Under the pieces are notes generated by a model, which saw nothing but the letters and a program-made list of their open reading frames with translations, had not been told where the DNA came from and did no database searches. This document shows positions 61,509 through 64,000 of a stretch of 64,000 nt of DNA, piece after piece. Numbering within the stretch: position 1 is the first letter of the stretch; each line of letters begins with the position of its first letter. The stretch is from Chitinophagales bacterium (GTDB taxonomy: Bacteria; Bacteroidota; Bacteroidia; Chitinophagales; UBA10324). The DNA is taken from contig JANWWJ010000021.1 of the NCBI GenBank assembly GCA_025056305.1, positions 49,278-113,277 on the forward strand, given 5' to 3'. Both the position numbers and the translations under genes were made by a program.

Positions 61509-62747
61509 ATGATTTCACGTCGCATCAACAAACGCAAGATCATTAACGATCCGTTGTACGGACTTATTTCCATACCTACCGACTTAATATATGATCTGAT
61601 TGCGCATCCCTGGTTTCAGCGATTGAGCCGCATCCGGCAATTGGGAATGACCTATTTGGTCTATCCCGGTGCGCTTCATTCGCGGTTGTCTCACGCGCTT
61701 GGAGCCATGCATTTGATGCAGCAGGCCCTCAGCGTGTTGCAAAGCAAAGGGGTGACAATTTCACCCCACGAAGCAGAAGCTACAACAGCCGCCATCTTGT
61801 TGCACGACATCGGGCATGGTCCATTTTCTCATACTCTGGAAGGCCTGTTGGTGCCTTTGGACCATGAGCAACTTACCGCCTTGCTTATGGAGGCGCTCAA
61901 CCGTCAATTCGAAGGACGGCTCGAGCTTGCCGTGCAGATCTTTAACGGCACCTATCCGAGGCCCTTTCTGCACCAGTTGGTATCCGGCCAACTGGATATC
62001 GATCGCCTGGACTATCTGACCCGCGACAGTTTCTTTACCGGCGTCGCCGAGGGCGTCATCGGTTACGACCGCATCATCAAGATGCTCGGAGTACACAACG
62101 AACAGCTGGTAGTGGAAGAGAAAGGAATTTATTCTATAGAAAAATTTTTGGTATCACGCCGCCTTATGTATTGGCAGGTTTATCTGCATAAGACCGTGCT
62201 GGCAGCCGATCACATGCTGGCACACATCATCCGACGGGCCCACATGCTGGCAGCCCGTAACGACTTAACCGTCCCTTCGGAACCGCTAAGCATATTGTTG
62301 AAGATTGCTGAACCAAACCAACTACCGAAAGCCCAATTGCTGCACCTGTTTACGCAACTAGACGACCATGACATCATGATGGCCATAAAGCAATGGCAGC
62401 ATCATCCTGATCCCCTGCTCGCATTGCTGTGCAGGGATTTACTGGAGCGCCGCTTGTTCCGCATTGAGCTGCAACGCAAGCCTTTTGACCGAGTCTACAT
62501 CGAACGATTGCGCCAGGCTGCTTGCATGCAATTGTCTTGGAGTTCAACTGAAGCAGCTGAGCTGATAAAACCCACACAGACAGCCGGGCATGCGTACAAT
62601 CCCCTCAGCGATCATATCCGTATCCGATTCCGCGACGGTCGGGTTTTTGATGTGGCAGAGGTTTCAGAATTACTGAACATGGCCGTGCTGCGCGAACCCG
62701 ATGTGAAACATTATCTCTGTTATCCACGAGCACTGCAGCTGGACTGA
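61509..62747 (+). CDS. HD-domain phosphohydrolase (dNTP triphosphohydrolase-like)
   Basis: FQRL.RI.QLG, HSRLSHALG, LLHDIGHGPFSH, DIDRLDYL.RD, MYWQVYLHKT. Confidence 0.92.
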   Translation: MISRRINKRKIINDPLYGLISIPTDLIYDLIAHPWFQRLSRIRQLGMTYLVYPGALHSRLSHALGAMHLMQQALSVLQSKGVTISPHEAEATTAAILLHDIGHGPFSHTLEGLLVPLDHEQLTALLMEALNRQFEGRLELAVQIFNGTYPRPFLHQLVSGQLDIDRLDYLTRDSFFTGVAEGVIGYDRIIKMLGVHNEQLVVEEKGIYSIEKFLVSRRLMYWQVYLHKTVLAADHMLAHIIRRAHMLAARNDLTVPSEPLSILLKIAEPNQLPKAQLLHLFTQLDDHDIMMAIKQWQHHPDPLLALLCRDLLERRLFRIELQRKPFDRVYIERLRQAACMQLSWSSTEAAELIKPTQTAGHAYNPLSDHIRIRFRDGRVFDVAEVSELLNMAVLREPDVKHYLCYPRALQLD

Positions 62748-62871
62748 TTGCGCTACGTTTTCCTTCGAACCAATGCGTACAGGCCGCATGAAAGATCGTG
62801 CAGGCTCGAGCATGCGTGTTTTTGAAAGCTAAATGCGGGAGGGCCCGACCGCATCTTCCATCAGCTACGCC

Positions 62872-64000
62872 CTACTGCACCACCAACTTCAGCACCTGTT
62901 CAATCCCCTGCACATCCGTCAAGCTGACCAGATATAGGCCCTTGGGCCATGTGGCCACCGGCACTATAAGAGTTTCTTGCTCGCCAGATTCCGCCTTATA
63001 AACCGTCCGCCCACTTGGATCACTGATACAAATGCGCTGAATGTTGTTTAGGTTTCGCAGGTGAACAAAATCGTGCCCTGGGTTCGGATAGAGGTATGGC
63101 TCTGCAGAGGCACCGGCAAGCATGCGTGAAGCCAACGTAGTAAACTTATCTGAATATTTAAATTTTACTGATGTATTAGGGCAATTGTTTTTAATCGTGT
63201 ATTTGTACTTGGTGTTCGGCAACAACCCGGTCAGATGCACGGACGTATTGGAAGTCTTTATTTTCGTTTTGGGGCCATTGGGTGTGACGTTGTACGTAAA
63301 GGTGAAAGACGTCGCCCCAAACGGTGTCCAGCTGATGGTAATCGAAGTGGCGGTTAAATCGCTTTCTATAACATTGGTGACTGCGCCGCAATTATTGGCA
63401 ACGACAGCTGTACCTGAAGCTGTACAGCCATACCAGTCTGTTACGGTTACGGTGTAATTCCCGTCAGGCAAGCCTGAAAGATCCTCCGTTGTCGCACCTG
63501 TGGACCATTGATACGTTAGAGGCGGTGTAGCACCATGTACCGTTAGGTTAATGGCTCCGTCGCTCACCCCTTCTGCCGAGGCATTGGTCACGTGAAACGA
63601 CAGCGAAAGTTGAGAGCAACCATTAGGGACAAGTACAGAGGCCATCTTGACGCACCCCTTGCCATCGGTAACCGTCACGGTATAAGTGCCGTCGGCGAGA
63701 TTGGTGAGGTCCTGCGTGGTAGCACCGTTAGACCACAAGTAGGTTATAGGCGTTGTGGCCTGATTTACCGTAAGGTCAATAGCACCATCGGAGTATCCTT
63801 CCGCCGTTGCCGGGGTTACCGAAAAGCTCAGCGAGATGCGATCACAGGCATTGTAGAGGCGATAGATTGCCCCATCACCGATGTTGGTCGCATAGAGCTC
63901 GCCGTCGTGACCCTCTCCGAACGAAGCAATGCCGGCCATCAGATTAGGAATAAAGGTGGTGATGAATCCACCCGACCCGTTGGGGTATAGCGTCCAGAAG
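62872..64000 (-). CDS. T9SS cargo, 5'-truncated: end of a glucose/sorbosone-dehydrogenase-like propeller, 2 SprB repeats, FN3, T9SS tail
   Basis: Frame open to the window edge; IASFGEGHDGELY, two SDGAI.LTV...TY.WS.GATT.DL..L.DG.YTVTVTD..GC units, LYPNPG tail. Confidence 0.82.
   Translation of the reverse strand, partial: FWTLYPNGSGGFITTFIPNLMAGIASFGEGHDGELYATNIGDGAIYRLYNACDRISLSFSVTPATAEGYSDGAIDLTVNQATTPITYLWSNGATTQDLTNLADGTYTVTVTDGKGCVKMASVLVPNGCSQLSLSFHVTNASAEGVSDGAINLTVHGATPPLTYQWSTGATTEDLSGLPDGNYTVTVTDWYGCTASGTAVVANNCGAVTNVIESDLTATSITISWTPFGATSFTFTYNVTPNGPKTKIKTSNTSVHLTGLLPNTKYKYTIKNNCPNTSVKFKYSDKFTTLASRMLAGASAEPYLYPNPGHDFVHLRNLNNIQRICISDPSGRTVYKAESGEQETLIVPVATWPKGLYLVSLTDVQGIEQVLKLVVQ
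63400..63837 (-). repeat. Two tandem SprB-type coding repeats (76-aa period)
   Basis: aa 35-104 and 111-180 of the ORF-track translation align without gaps. Confidence 0.85.

Noticed and set aside
1-64000. CRISPR arrays, IS elements, rRNA, prophage genes
   Set aside because: No regularly spaced repeats, transposases, rRNA-like segments or phage structural genes were recognised by eye.

Overview
Compact, mostly housekeeping chromosomal segment of a Bacteroidota bacterium, probably Chitinophagales-like. The assignment rests on TAnnTTTG promoter motifs, a SusC/SusD pair, PorX and six proteins with T9SS-type C-termini. It holds about 50 CDS, two tRNAs (Gln-TTG, Arg-CCG) and a starch/alpha-glucan utilisation locus (15.8-28.5 kb). 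No CRISPR array, rRNA, integrase or transposase was seen. The most striking region is 39.3-42.0 kb. There, an unannotated 49-aa peptide gene (hydrophobic N-terminus, C-terminal IIIDDNEIL) with its own promoter and an overlapping palindrome precedes a degenerate HNH gene. It sits divergently, across an AT-rich palindrome-bearing spacer, from a 501-aa putative HTH plus helical-repeat protein. The layout resembles Gram-positive Rgg/SHP (RRNPP) peptide-signalling cassettes. A second unannotated 46-aa lipoprotein gene follows. All product calls come from motif recognition by eye, without database searches.
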